Shown here one piece after another: positions 54,836-63,572 of a DNA stretch of 64,000 nt; positions within the stretch are counted from its first letter, which is position 1, and each line of letters starts with the position of its first letter. A program made the translations under genes and the position numbers. The notes under the pieces are model-generated. The model did no database searches and was not told the DNA's origin. It was given only the letters and a program-made list of their open reading frames with translations. Source of the stretch: Myxococcota bacterium (GTDB lineage: Bacteria > Myxococcota_A > UBA9160 > PR03). The stretch spans positions 64,001 to 128,000 of the forward strand of contig JBFIML010000003.1 of NCBI GenBank assembly GCA_041611735.1. Direction: 5' to 3'.

Positions 54836-55636
54836 GTGACGCCGAGCCCGCCGCCGCGCGAGCTGGACACGGGGACCGAGCACCTGCGGGCCCGGGTCGA
54901 GGAGCGCGTGGGCGTCCTCACCCTGAACCGGCCCGAGGCCCGCAACGCCCTCTCGCTGCAGATGAAGCAGGCTCTGCGCAGTCTGGTTCCCCGGCTCGGC
55001 GAAGATCCGGAAGTGGGCTGTCTCCTGCTGACGGGCGCCGGCCGGGCCTTCTGTGCCGGCGGCGACACCAAGCTGATGGCCCAGGGGCCGCCGCCCTCGC
55101 GCGAGGACCGCCTGCGGCTGCTGCACCAGGAGCACGAGGTGCCGGCGGCGCTGCACGCCCTGGCCAAGCCGGTGGTGGCGGCGCTGCCGGGCCCGGCTGC
55201 GGGCGCGGGGCTCTCCCTGGCCCTGGCCTGCGACATCCGCATCGCCGCGGAGAGCGCGTTCGTCACCACGGCGTACGTGCGCCTGGCTCTCTCCGGCGAC
55301 TATGGAGGCAGCTGGTTCCTGACCCGCCTGGTGGGCCCCGCCCGCGCGCGGGAGCTCTACTTCACGTCGGATCGCGTCGGCGCCCGGGAGTGCGAGCGCC
55401 TCGGGATCGTGAACCGGGTCGTCCCGGACGAACGGCTCCAGGAGGAGGCCTGGGCCCTGGCGCGTCGCCTGGCCGCCGGCCCGCCCGTCGCGCTCCGCTA
55501 CATGAAGGACAATCTGAACCGGGCGTTGCAGGACGACCTGGAGACCTGCCTCGCCCTCGAGGCCGAGCGCATGGTGGACAGCGCCTTCACCCCGGACCAC
55601 CGCAAGGCCGCGGGGGACCGAGGGGGAGGTTCTTGA
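54836..55636 (+). CDS. Enoyl-CoA hydratase/isomerase (PaaG-like), atypical C-terminus
   Basis: LTLNRPEARNAL, AFCAGGD, AAGAGLSLALACD; lacks the usual AFxEKRxP tail. Confidence 0.88.
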   Translation: MTPSPPPRELDTGTEHLRARVEERVGVLTLNRPEARNALSLQMKQALRSLVPRLGEDPEVGCLLLTGAGRAFCAGGDTKLMAQGPPPSREDRLRLLHQEHEVPAALHALAKPVVAALPGPAAGAGLSLALACDIRIAAESAFVTTAYVRLALSGDYGGSWFLTRLVGPARARELYFTSDRVGARECERLGIVNRVVPDERLQEEAWALARRLAAGPPVALRYMKDNLNRALQDDLETCLALEAERMVDSAFTPDHRKAAGDRGGGS

Positions 55637-55723
55637 CGAATCGACTTCTCCTCGAGGGTCTCTACCAGAGGCGACAGGGGTGAAGGGAAGGTCAAGTCGT
55701 CAGGAACGTCCCCGAGACCGAGG
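55616..55723. repeat. Imperfect 24-bp inverted repeat flanked by 8-bp direct repeats (GACCGAGG)
   Basis: Arms 55629-55652 and 55684-55707; direct repeats at 55616-55623 and 55716-55723. Confidence 0.55.
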
Positions 55724-55731
55724 AGACCCCG

Positions 55732-56514
55732 ATGGCTTCCGAGACGATCCAGCTCGAGTACGACGGGCCGCTGGCGATCATGAGCAACAACCGGCCCGAG
55801 AAGCACAACGCCGCCAACGACGAGATGGACGCGCGGCTGTGGGAGATCCTGGAGGAGCTGCACCGCCGGGAGGGGCTGCGGGCGGTGGTCTGGCGCGGCA
55901 ACGGGCCGTCCTTCTCCTCCGGCCGCGACGTGACCGAGCTCGGCGTGCGCCAGGACGACGCGGGCCACCTCGATTTCATCGAGCGCGGGCACCGCGGCGC
56001 GCGCCGCCTGCTCACCCTCCCGGCGCCGGTGGTGGTGGCCCTCAAGGGCTGGGTGATCGGGGGATCCTTCGAGCGGGCGCTGCTCTGCGATCTGCGCGTG
56101 GCCGGCGAGAGCGCCAGGATGCGGCTGCCGGAGATCCTCCATGGGGTCGTTCCGGACTCAGGCGGGACGGCACGGCTCCTCCAGATGGCGGGTCACGGGC
56201 TCGCCGCCGACCTGGCCCTGACGGGTCGGGTGATGACCGCGGAGGAGGCGCTGCGCCACGGCGTCGTCTCGCGCGTCGTGCCCGACGAGAGGCTGGACGA
56301 GACCGCCCTGGAGATCGCCCGCGCCATCGCCGGCGCACCGGCCTTCACGGTGCGCATGTTCCGCCGCACGCTCGCCCGCCTGGCGGACCCCCTGGTGGAG
56401 CGCTCCCTGGGCGAGGAGGCGCTCACCCAGTCGCTGGTCTTCGGCTCGCGCGACTACGCGGAGATGAAGGCGGCCCGCGCCGAGCAGCGCGAGCCGAGCT
56501 ACCAGGGCCGTTGA
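55732..56514 (+). CDS. Enoyl-CoA hydratase/isomerase
   Basis: NRPEKHNA, SFSSGRD, IGGSFERALLCD, LPEILHG; GAGGAG RBS. Confidence 0.9.
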   Translation: MASETIQLEYDGPLAIMSNNRPEKHNAANDEMDARLWEILEELHRREGLRAVVWRGNGPSFSSGRDVTELGVRQDDAGHLDFIERGHRGARRLLTLPAPVVVALKGWVIGGSFERALLCDLRVAGESARMRLPEILHGVVPDSGGTARLLQMAGHGLAADLALTGRVMTAEEALRHGVVSRVVPDERLDETALEIARAIAGAPAFTVRMFRRTLARLADPLVERSLGEEALTQSLVFGSRDYAEMKAARAEQREPSYQGR

Positions 56515-56525
56515 CCCTCCGCACT

Positions 56526-58070
56526 CTAGGGCCGCGCGCTCCAGGCGCGGGGCCCGAGCTGCGCGTGCAGCTCGCCCTGAACCTCCTCGACCCACGCGCA
56601 GCCGCGCGGGCGTGTCTCGCGGGGATCGATCAGGTCGTGCACGCCGAAGTCTCCGGCGCGCGGAAAGATCGACTGCGCCGCCGCCAGCTCCTCCTCGAGC
56701 TCGCGCCGACGCGCCTCGGGGTCCGGCGCGGCGGCGATCTCGCGGCGGAAGGCGAGCGCCACGCCCCCCTCCACCGGCAGCGCGCCGCTCTCCGCCGACG
56801 GCCAGGCCAACACCGTCGCCCGGGGCCCCACGTGCGCCCCCACCGCCACCCCGAACGCCTTGCGCACGACGACCGCCAGCCAGGGAACCCGGCTCTGGGC
56901 CACCGCAAAGATCGCCTCCATGCCGAAGCGGATCGTGGCCTCGCGCTCCGCCTCGGTGCCGATCATGAAGCCGGGCTCGTCCACGAAGCTCACCACGGGC
57001 AGGTGGAAGGCGTCGCAGGTCTCCACCCAGCGGCGCACCTTGCGCGCACCCCGGGCCGTCATGGCGCCGCCCTCGTGATGGCAGTCGTTGGCGAGGACTC
57101 CGACCGGATGCCCGGCCAGGCGGGCGAGCCCGGTGATCTGGCTGCGTCCGTAGAGCGGCGACGTCTCGAAGAAGGAGCCCGGGTCCACCACCAGCTCCAC
57201 CAGGCGACGCATCTTGTAGGCGCGACGCCGGCTGCGGGGCACCAGGGAGAGCAGTTCCTCCTCACGCCGATCGGCCGGGTCGTCCGCCGGGCGGACGGGC
57301 GGCGCCTCGCCCACGTGGCTGGGCAGGTAGCCGAGGAAGCTGCGGATCTGGCGGAAGGCGTCCGCCTCGTCGTCGGCCCCGTTGTCGACCACGCCGCTGC
57401 GCAGGTGCACCTCGGCGCCGCCGAGCTCCTCCTTGGTGACGCGACGGCCGAGGGCCCGCTCCACCAGCAGTGGCCCGGCGGTCAGCACCTGGGCGGTCTT
57501 CCGGGTCATGAGCGAGAAGTGCGACGCCACCAGCCGGGCGGCGGGAAAGCCCGCCACGGGACCGAGAGCCGCGCACACCACCGGCACCGAGGCAAGGGCC
57601 TCCACGCACAGGCGGTTCAGGGGCGAATCCGAGACCAGGTCGTAGCCGGAGCGGCCCCGCACCCCGCTCGCCCCCTCCACCGAGGCGCCACCCCCTTCCA
57701 GGAGGCGGACCAGGGGCACCCGCCGCCGGATGGCCAGCTCGTCGGCGAACTGGGCCTTGCGCAGGCCGGCCGGCCCGTAGGCGCCCCCGCGCAGGGTAAA
57801 GTCGTCGCCCGCCACCACGCAGGGCCGGCCGTCCACACGGGCCAGGCCCACCACCAGGTTGGCCGGCGTGAAGCCCTCGGCGCCGGGCTCCCCGTGGCCG
57901 GCGACCTCCCCGTACTCCCGGAAGCTCCCCGGATCGACCAGGGCCTGGACGCGCTCCCGGACGCTCAGGCGACCCTTCTCGTGCTGACGGGCGACGGCTT
58001 CGGGGCCGCCCTGCTCCCGGGCCCGGGCCCGGCGGCGCTCGATCTCGTCCACCTCGGGCTTCCAGCTCAC
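56526..58070 (-). CDS. Acyl-CoA carboxylase carboxyltransferase (beta) subunit
   Basis: QHEKGRLSVRERV..LVDPGSF, DDFTLRGGA, KEELGG, FVDEPGFMIG, RKAFG, IDPRETR. Confidence 0.93.
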   Translation of the reverse strand: MSWKPEVDEIERRRARAREQGGPEAVARQHEKGRLSVRERVQALVDPGSFREYGEVAGHGEPGAEGFTPANLVVGLARVDGRPCVVAGDDFTLRGGAYGPAGLRKAQFADELAIRRRVPLVRLLEGGGASVEGASGVRGRSGYDLVSDSPLNRLCVEALASVPVVCAALGPVAGFPAARLVASHFSLMTRKTAQVLTAGPLLVERALGRRVTKEELGGAEVHLRSGVVDNGADDEADAFRQIRSFLGYLPSHVGEAPPVRPADDPADRREEELLSLVPRSRRRAYKMRRLVELVVDPGSFFETSPLYGRSQITGLARLAGHPVGVLANDCHHEGGAMTARGARKVRRWVETCDAFHLPVVSFVDEPGFMIGTEAEREATIRFGMEAIFAVAQSRVPWLAVVVRKAFGVAVGAHVGPRATVLAWPSAESGALPVEGGVALAFRREIAAAPDPEARRRELEEELAAAQSIFPRAGDFGVHDLIDPRETRPRGCAWVEEVQGELHAQLGPRAWSARP

Positions 58071-58203
58071 GCGGGCACGATACCACGGCGAAAACCGCCA
58101 CTTGCCGGAGCGCACAGAGTGTGGGAAAGTGCCAACCCCCGAGAAGTGCGCCCATCCCTTCCCCGGGCCATCGAATCTGCACCCGCTGACGAGGGATCTC
58201 GCC

Positions 58204-61200
58204 ATGCCCCCGGAACTCCGCACCGGGCTCCTCGGAGCCTGCGCCGCCTTCCTGCTCGCCGTTCCCGCCTCCGCCAACGCCCCCTCGTTCATCACCTTCG
58301 AGACGGGACCGGTGCGACCCCTCGCCCTCGCACCGGGCGGCGGGCACCTGTTCGCGGTCAACACGCCGGACGCCCGGCTGGAGATCTTCCGGGTCGGTCC
58401 AGGCGGCATCGCCCACGAAGGCTCGGTGTCCGTGGGCCTCGAGCCCGCGGCGGTGGCCGCCCGCACCGACGACGAGGTCTGGGTGGTGAACCACCTCTCG
58501 GACAGCGTGAGCATCGTGGACGTGCGAGCGCGTCGCGTGGTGCGCACGCTGCTCGTGGGCGACGAGCCCCGCGACATCGTTTTCGCCGCGGGACGCGCCT
58601 TCGTCACCACGGCACACCGCGGACAGCATCGGACGCACCCGTCGATCGCTCACGTTCCCGGGGCGGGCGACCCGAAGCTCACCACGCCGGGAGTGCCACG
58701 AGCGGACGTCTGGGTGTTCGACGCGGCTCGCCCGGGCCCAGGACCGGGCGGCACGCCGCTGCGCATCGTGGAGCTCTTCGGCGACACCCCCCGCGCCCTG
58801 GCCGTGAGCCCGGACGGCCGCACCGTCTACTCTGCGGTCTTCCACTCCGGGAACCAGACCGCCACCGTGCCGGAAGGAGCCGTTTGCGACGGCTTCGAGC
58901 CCTGGGAGCCGTGCCAGGTGCGAGAGGTCGCCATGCCCGGCGGCAATCCCGGTCCCGCCGAGAGCCACGACGGCACCCCCGCCCCCGAGGTGGGACTGAT
59001 CGTGAGGGTCGCGGACGGTCACTGGAAGGACGAGCTGGGCCGCGTCTGGGACGCGGCCGTCCCCTTCCGTCTGCCAGACCTGGACGTCTTCGCCCTCGAC
59101 GCGTCCTCCCTGGAGCCGAAGCGCTCCTACCCGCACGTCGGGACCGTCCTGTTCAACATGGTCACCAATCCCCGGACCGGCGCGCTCTACGTCTCCAACA
59201 CCGAGGCCCGCAACGAAGTGCGCTTCGAGGGGGCGGGTGAAGCCGGGGGGAGCACGGTGCAGGGGCGTCTGCACGAGGCACGCATCACCGTGATCGCGGA
59301 GGGCGGCGTGCGACCACGACATCTGAACAAGCACATCGACTACGACGCACGGCCAGCACCGGCGGGCATGAAGGAGCACAGCCTGGCCACCCCCGTCGAC
59401 ATGGTCGTGAGCCGCGACGGGAAGACCCTCTACGTGGCGGCCTTCGGCTCGCGCAAGGTTGGCGTCCTGCCCACGGCTGCCCTCGAGGACGACAGCTTCG
59501 ACCCCAGGCTCCTGAGCGCCCGCTACATCGCGCTGGGCGAGGATCCCGACGACCTCGTGACCGGCGGCGGGCCGAGCGGCCTTGCCCTGGACGAGCCCCG
59601 CGGCCGCCTCTACGTGCTGACCCGCTTCGACAACGCGGTGGCGGTGGTGGACCTGGCGGCGCGTTCGGTGGTGCAGCGGGTGGCGCTCTCCCACGCAGAG
59701 CCCGCCTGGGTGGTGGAAGGACGTCCCTTCCTCTACGACGCTCGCTTCTCGTCCAGCAACGGGGAGGCGTCCTGCGCCAGCTGCCACGTGTTCGGCGACC
59801 TGGACAGCCTGGCCTGGGATCTCGGCGACCCGGACGCGGAGGTCGGCTTCAACCCGATGCCGATCCGGCTGGGCGGACTCATCGAGTTCGTGCAGCGGCT
59901 CCCCGGCAGCGGCGGCTTGTTCACGATCATCAATGGCACTGGGGGCCTGCGCGACTTCCACCCCATGAAGGGACCCATGACCACGCAGACCCTGCGCGGC
60001 ATGGTGAATAGCGGCCACATGCACTGGCGCGGAGACCGGGCGGATGGCTTCTTCGGCCTGGACGACCCGAACACCAACGATGCGGAGCTCTCCTTCAAGA
60101 ACTTCATCGTGGCCTTCCCGGGCCTGCTGGGGAGCGAGAAGGTGCTGACGGATCCGGAGCTGCAGCGGGGCATGCAGGCCTTCACGGACTTCACCCTGGA
60201 GATCACCCTACCCCCGAACCCGGTGCGGGCCCTGGACAACTCGTTGAACTCCGAGCAGGCGGCCGGACGTGAGTTCTACATGGGTGGGCCGGACCCGGAC
60301 TTCCCCCACTTCTCCGACGGCGTTCCCTCCCAGATCCTGAGCACCCTGGTGGGAGGCGAGCCCACCGCCTTCACCTGCAACGACTGCCATCGGCTGGATC
60401 CGGCCCGGGGCCACTTCGGCACCGACGGCGCGGCGAGCTTCGAGGCCGAGCAGCAGATCCTCAAGATTCCGCACCTGCGCAACTTGTATCAGAAGGTCGG
60501 GATGTTCGGACACGCGGCGGTGCCCTTCTTCGACGTGGGGGACAACGGCTTCCAGGGCGACCAGGTGCGCGGCTTCGGCTTCCTCCACGACGGCAGCACC
60601 GACACCATGTTCCGCTTCCTGCACGCCACCGTGTTCTCCCGGGACGCGTTCCGGATCGAGGGCCCGATCGGAAACCTGCTGGGCGTCGACTTCGACCGCG
60701 TCGGTTTCCAGGATGACGAGCAACGGCGCGAGATGGAGAGCTTCATGTTCGCCTTCGACACGGATCTCGCCCCTGTGGTGGGTCAACAGGTGACGCTCAG
60801 CGCGGACAACGCCGAGGCCGTGGGCTCGCGCATCGACCTGCTGCTCGAGCGCTCGCAGACGCCCTTCGTCTCGAAGATCCTGGGTGAGGGCGCCGCCGAG
60901 TGCGACCTGGTGGTGAAGGGCAGCCCGGAAGGCCAGCCGCGCGGCTGGCTGCACGAGGGCAACGGCGTGTTCCGGTCCGACGACGGCGGCAGCACCGACG
61001 CAGCGGAGCTGCGCCGGCTCGCCCGGCGGGCGCCGCTCACCTGGACCTGCGTGCCGCCGGGTTCCGGCCGCCGCATGGCCATCGACCGGGACGAGGACGG
61101 GCGCCTGGACGCGCGTGACAACTGCCCCGCCGCGGCGAACGATGCCCAGACGGATCGGGACGCGGACGGCGTGGGCGACGTCTGCGACCGCTGCCCGGCG

Positions 61201-61572
61201 CTGGCGGACGCGGACCAGCTGGACACGGACGCCGACGGGGTCGGCGACGTCTGCGACCACCGCTGCCCGGGCCTCGGACCCACGACCCTCGAGCGGCTGG
61301 TGAGGAGCTCCGGACGCCCGGGGAATCCGGTCCAGATCCGGGGCACGGGCTTCGGGCCGCGGGTCCAGGTCTGGTTCGGGAACGAGCGCTCGCCGGAGGT
61401 GCGGGTGCTGGGCCCCGGCCGGCTGCTCGCCACGGTTCCGGACGCGACGCCCGGTCCGCGTGCGGTGCGGGTCGTGAATCCCGAAGGCTGCCGCTCCCCG
61501 GAGACGCTCCCCTTCACGATCCAGCCGCGCCCCGGCTCGTCCGGCAAGCCGCATGCCCCTGGACCTGCGTGA
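58204..61572 (+). CDS. Secreted YVTN/YncE beta-propeller plus di-haem cytochrome c (CCP/MauG-like) protein with TSP3 repeats and IPT/TIG domain
   Basis: Signal peptide, propeller repeats (VWVVNHLSDSVSIVD), CASCH and CNDCH, HWRGDR, KIPHLRNLY, FLHDGS, DNCP...DGVGDVCD repeats, GNPVQIRGTGF. Confidence 0.85.
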   Translation: MPPELRTGLLGACAAFLLAVPASANAPSFITFETGPVRPLALAPGGGHLFAVNTPDARLEIFRVGPGGIAHEGSVSVGLEPAAVAARTDDEVWVVNHLSDSVSIVDVRARRVVRTLLVGDEPRDIVFAAGRAFVTTAHRGQHRTHPSIAHVPGAGDPKLTTPGVPRADVWVFDAARPGPGPGGTPLRIVELFGDTPRALAVSPDGRTVYSAVFHSGNQTATVPEGAVCDGFEPWEPCQVREVAMPGGNPGPAESHDGTPAPEVGLIVRVADGHWKDELGRVWDAAVPFRLPDLDVFALDASSLEPKRSYPHVGTVLFNMVTNPRTGALYVSNTEARNEVRFEGAGEAGGSTVQGRLHEARITVIAEGGVRPRHLNKHIDYDARPAPAGMKEHSLATPVDMVVSRDGKTLYVAAFGSRKVGVLPTAALEDDSFDPRLLSARYIALGEDPDDLVTGGGPSGLALDEPRGRLYVLTRFDNAVAVVDLAARSVVQRVALSHAEPAWVVEGRPFLYDARFSSSNGEASCASCHVFGDLDSLAWDLGDPDAEVGFNPMPIRLGGLIEFVQRLPGSGGLFTIINGTGGLRDFHPMKGPMTTQTLRGMVNSGHMHWRGDRADGFFGLDDPNTNDAELSFKNFIVAFPGLLGSEKVLTDPELQRGMQAFTDFTLEITLPPNPVRALDNSLNSEQAAGREFYMGGPDPDFPHFSDGVPSQILSTLVGGEPTAFTCNDCHRLDPARGHFGTDGAASFEAEQQILKIPHLRNLYQKVGMFGHAAVPFFDVGDNGFQGDQVRGFGFLHDGSTDTMFRFLHATVFSRDAFRIEGPIGNLLGVDFDRVGFQDDEQRREMESFMFAFDTDLAPVVGQQVTLSADNAEAVGSRIDLLLERSQTPFVSKILGEGAAECDLVVKGSPEGQPRGWLHEGNGVFRSDDGGSTDAAELRRLARRAPLTWTCVPPGSGRRMAIDRDEDGRLDARDNCPAAANDAQTDRDADGVGDVCDRCPALADADQLDTDADGVGDVCDHRCPGLGPTTLERLVRSSGRPGNPVQIRGTGFGPRVQVWFGNERSPEVRVLGPGRLLATVPDATPGPRAVRVVNPEGCRSPETLPFTIQPRPGSSGKPHAPGPA
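61159..61258 (+). repeat. Intragenic coding repeat (two DADGVGDVCD thrombospondin type-3 units, 69-bp period)
   Basis: Near-identical 31-mers at 61159-61189 and 61228-61258. Confidence 0.8.
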
Positions 61573-62170
61573 ACTCGTCGCGCCGGGCCACACGGCGCTC
61601 CTGACCCAGGAGTGCCAGCGGGGCGTCGCGGGCGACCTCTCGGCCCTGCCGGAGCTGGCGGAGGCGGCCCGCGCCGTGCTTCCGCACGTCGGCCAGCTGG
61701 TCCGGGGGGCGCGCGCGGCCGGCGTCCGGGTGATCCACTGCACGGCGGAGCGGCGTTCCGACGGCCTGGGCGCCAATGCGAACGCGCGCATCTTCCAGTA
61801 CATGGCCCGAGCCGGAACCAAGCTCCTGCCCGGCTCGCCGGCCGCCGAGCTCGTGCCGGAGATCGAGGCGGCGGCCTCGGATCTCGTCCTGCCGCGACTG
61901 CACGGCCTGTCGCCCTTCCACGCCACGGAGCTCGACCCGATCCTGCGCAACCTGGGCGTGCGAACGGTCGTCGCGGTGGGCGTGTCCGTGAACGTGGCGA
62001 TCCAGAACCTGGCCTTCGACGCGGTGAACGCCGCCTACCAGGTGGTGATCCCGCGCGACGCAGTGGCGGGCTTCCCGCCGGAGTACGCCGAGGCGGTCTT
62101 CCAGCACACCCTCGGCGCCGTGGCGACGCTCGTGACCACCGCCGAGCTGCTGGCCGCCTGGAGGCCGTAG
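61553..62170 (+). CDS. Isochorismatase/cysteine-hydrolase fold protein lacking catalytic Cys
   Basis: HTALLTQECQ, PRLHGLSPF..TELD..LRNLGV, GVSVNVAI, VIPRDAV. Confidence 0.85.
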   Translation: MPLDLRELVAPGHTALLTQECQRGVAGDLSALPELAEAARAVLPHVGQLVRGARAAGVRVIHCTAERRSDGLGANANARIFQYMARAGTKLLPGSPAAELVPEIEAAASDLVLPRLHGLSPFHATELDPILRNLGVRTVVAVGVSVNVAIQNLAFDAVNAAYQVVIPRDAVAGFPPEYAEAVFQHTLGAVATLVTTAELLAAWRP

Positions 62171-62246
62171 CGGCGGTCTCGGCGCGAGGACCCCTGGGGT
62201 GGGCGCCGAGGCGTGGTTGAGCCGCTTGCGGCGCGGGCGGCGGGCC

Positions 62247-63443
62247 TCAGTGCGGGCGCTTGGGCTCGAAGCGGATCGGCATCGACTCCCAGCCCTGCAC
62301 GAACTCCGTGCGCAGGCGCCGGAGGCGGTCCTCCTGCACTTCGTAGTCGGGCATCTGCCGCAGCATCACCTCGAGGCACAGCTTGCCCTCCATGCGGGCG
62401 AAGTGGGCCCCGAGGCAGGAATGGATGCCGTGGCCGAAGGAGAGGATGCGCCGGGCGCGCCGCTGCACGTCGAAGACGTCCGGGTCCGGAAACTCCCGGT
62501 CGTCGCGGTTGGCGGAGGCGAACAGGAACAGCACCACCTGGCCCTTGCGCAGGGTCTGGCCGTGGAGCGTAACGTCGCGCAGCAGGGTGCGGCCCAGGAA
62601 CTGGGTGGGCATGTCGTAGCGGAGGATCTCGTTGAAGGCGTCGGGCAGCAGCGCCGGGTCCTTGGCGCAGGCGGCCCGCTGGTCCGGGTGCTGGAAGAGC
62701 CGGTAGACGCCGTTCGAGAATACCTTGGGGAAGGTCTCCGAGCCGCCGATCATGAGCATCGAGAGGTGCGAGGCGATCTCCGGGTCGGCGAGCGGGCGCC
62801 CGCCCACCTCGGCGGCCAGGAAGGCGCTCACCACGTCCTCCCGGTCGCCCGCGGCGCGGCGCCGCTCCCTCACCAGCTGCTCGAAGTAGGCGTTGAGCTC
62901 CATGGCCGCCGCGACCCCGTCCTCGGTCATGCCCTCGACACCCTCCTCCCGGGCGAAGAAGCGGTCCACGAGCCCCTTCAACATGGGGCCATCCTCGAGG
63001 GGGAAGCCGTTGGCCAGGCACGCCACGTTCACCGAGACCCGGGACGCCACCTCCCCGAAGACGTCGCACTGGCCCCGGGGCGCCACCGCGCCGAAGGCCT
63101 CCTCCACGAACTCGCGGATCTTCGCCTCCAGGGAGGCGACCCGGCCGGGCGTGAAGAACTTGCGGATCTGGGCGCGAAGCTCCGTGTGGGCCGGCGGGTC
63201 CATCAGGTTGAGCATGGGGGTCACGGGCTGGATCCGGGTCAGCAGCTGGCCTGGCGTCGTCCCCTGGGCGGTGGAGTAGGACTCCCCGTCCATGGACGCG
63301 TTCCAGACGTCCTCGAAGCGCGAGAGCGCCCAGCAGTCCCAGCGCTCGACGTGATGGCAGGGCGACTCGTCGCGCAGCCGTTTGTAGACCGGGTGGGGAT
63401 CCTGCATCACTTGCGGGGAGAAGGGGTCGTAGTCCACCGACAT
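62247..63443 (-). CDS. Cytochrome P450
   Basis: MDPPAHT, I-helix GGSET, EILR, SANRD, haem motif FGHGIHSCLG. Confidence 0.96.
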   Translation of the reverse strand: MSVDYDPFSPQVMQDPHPVYKRLRDESPCHHVERWDCWALSRFEDVWNASMDGESYSTAQGTTPGQLLTRIQPVTPMLNLMDPPAHTELRAQIRKFFTPGRVASLEAKIREFVEEAFGAVAPRGQCDVFGEVASRVSVNVACLANGFPLEDGPMLKGLVDRFFAREEGVEGMTEDGVAAAMELNAYFEQLVRERRRAAGDREDVVSAFLAAEVGGRPLADPEIASHLSMLMIGGSETFPKVFSNGVYRLFQHPDQRAACAKDPALLPDAFNEILRYDMPTQFLGRTLLRDVTLHGQTLRKGQVVLFLFASANRDDREFPDPDVFDVQRRARRILSFGHGIHSCLGAHFARMEGKLCLEVMLRQMPDYEVQEDRLRRLRTEFVQGWESMPIRFEPKRPH

Positions 63444-63493
63444 CGGGTCTCTCCGGGGGCGTCCATGCCACGGGCGGCGCGGGCGCGGTAAGG

Positions 63494-63517
63494 TTTCGAG
63501 ACGCAGCGTATCGTAGT
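63494..63517. promoter_or_regulatory. Operator-like imperfect palindrome overlapping a minus-strand -10 (TACGAT)
   Basis: TTCGAGACG-CAG-CGTATCGTA (7/9 arm symmetry); core shared with 37460-37476. Confidence 0.55.
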
Positions 63518-63572
63518 GCGGCCGGGCCGATCCCGCCCCTGCCTGGGGACGGCCGGCCGCGGGGAGGCGCCG

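Noticed and set aside
50494-55269. 1591-aa minus-strand ORF
   Set aside because: Antisense shadow of three well-supported plus-strand genes; no motifs, and long stop-free frames are expected at this GC content
55680-59240. 1186-aa plus-strand ORF
   Set aside because: Arg/Gly/Pro-rich off-frame translation spanning three real genes
61081-61270. Spaced direct repeats that might suggest a CRISPR-like array
   Set aside because: Only two copies, in frame, differing at synonymous positions; they encode TSP3 repeats, and no cas genes are present
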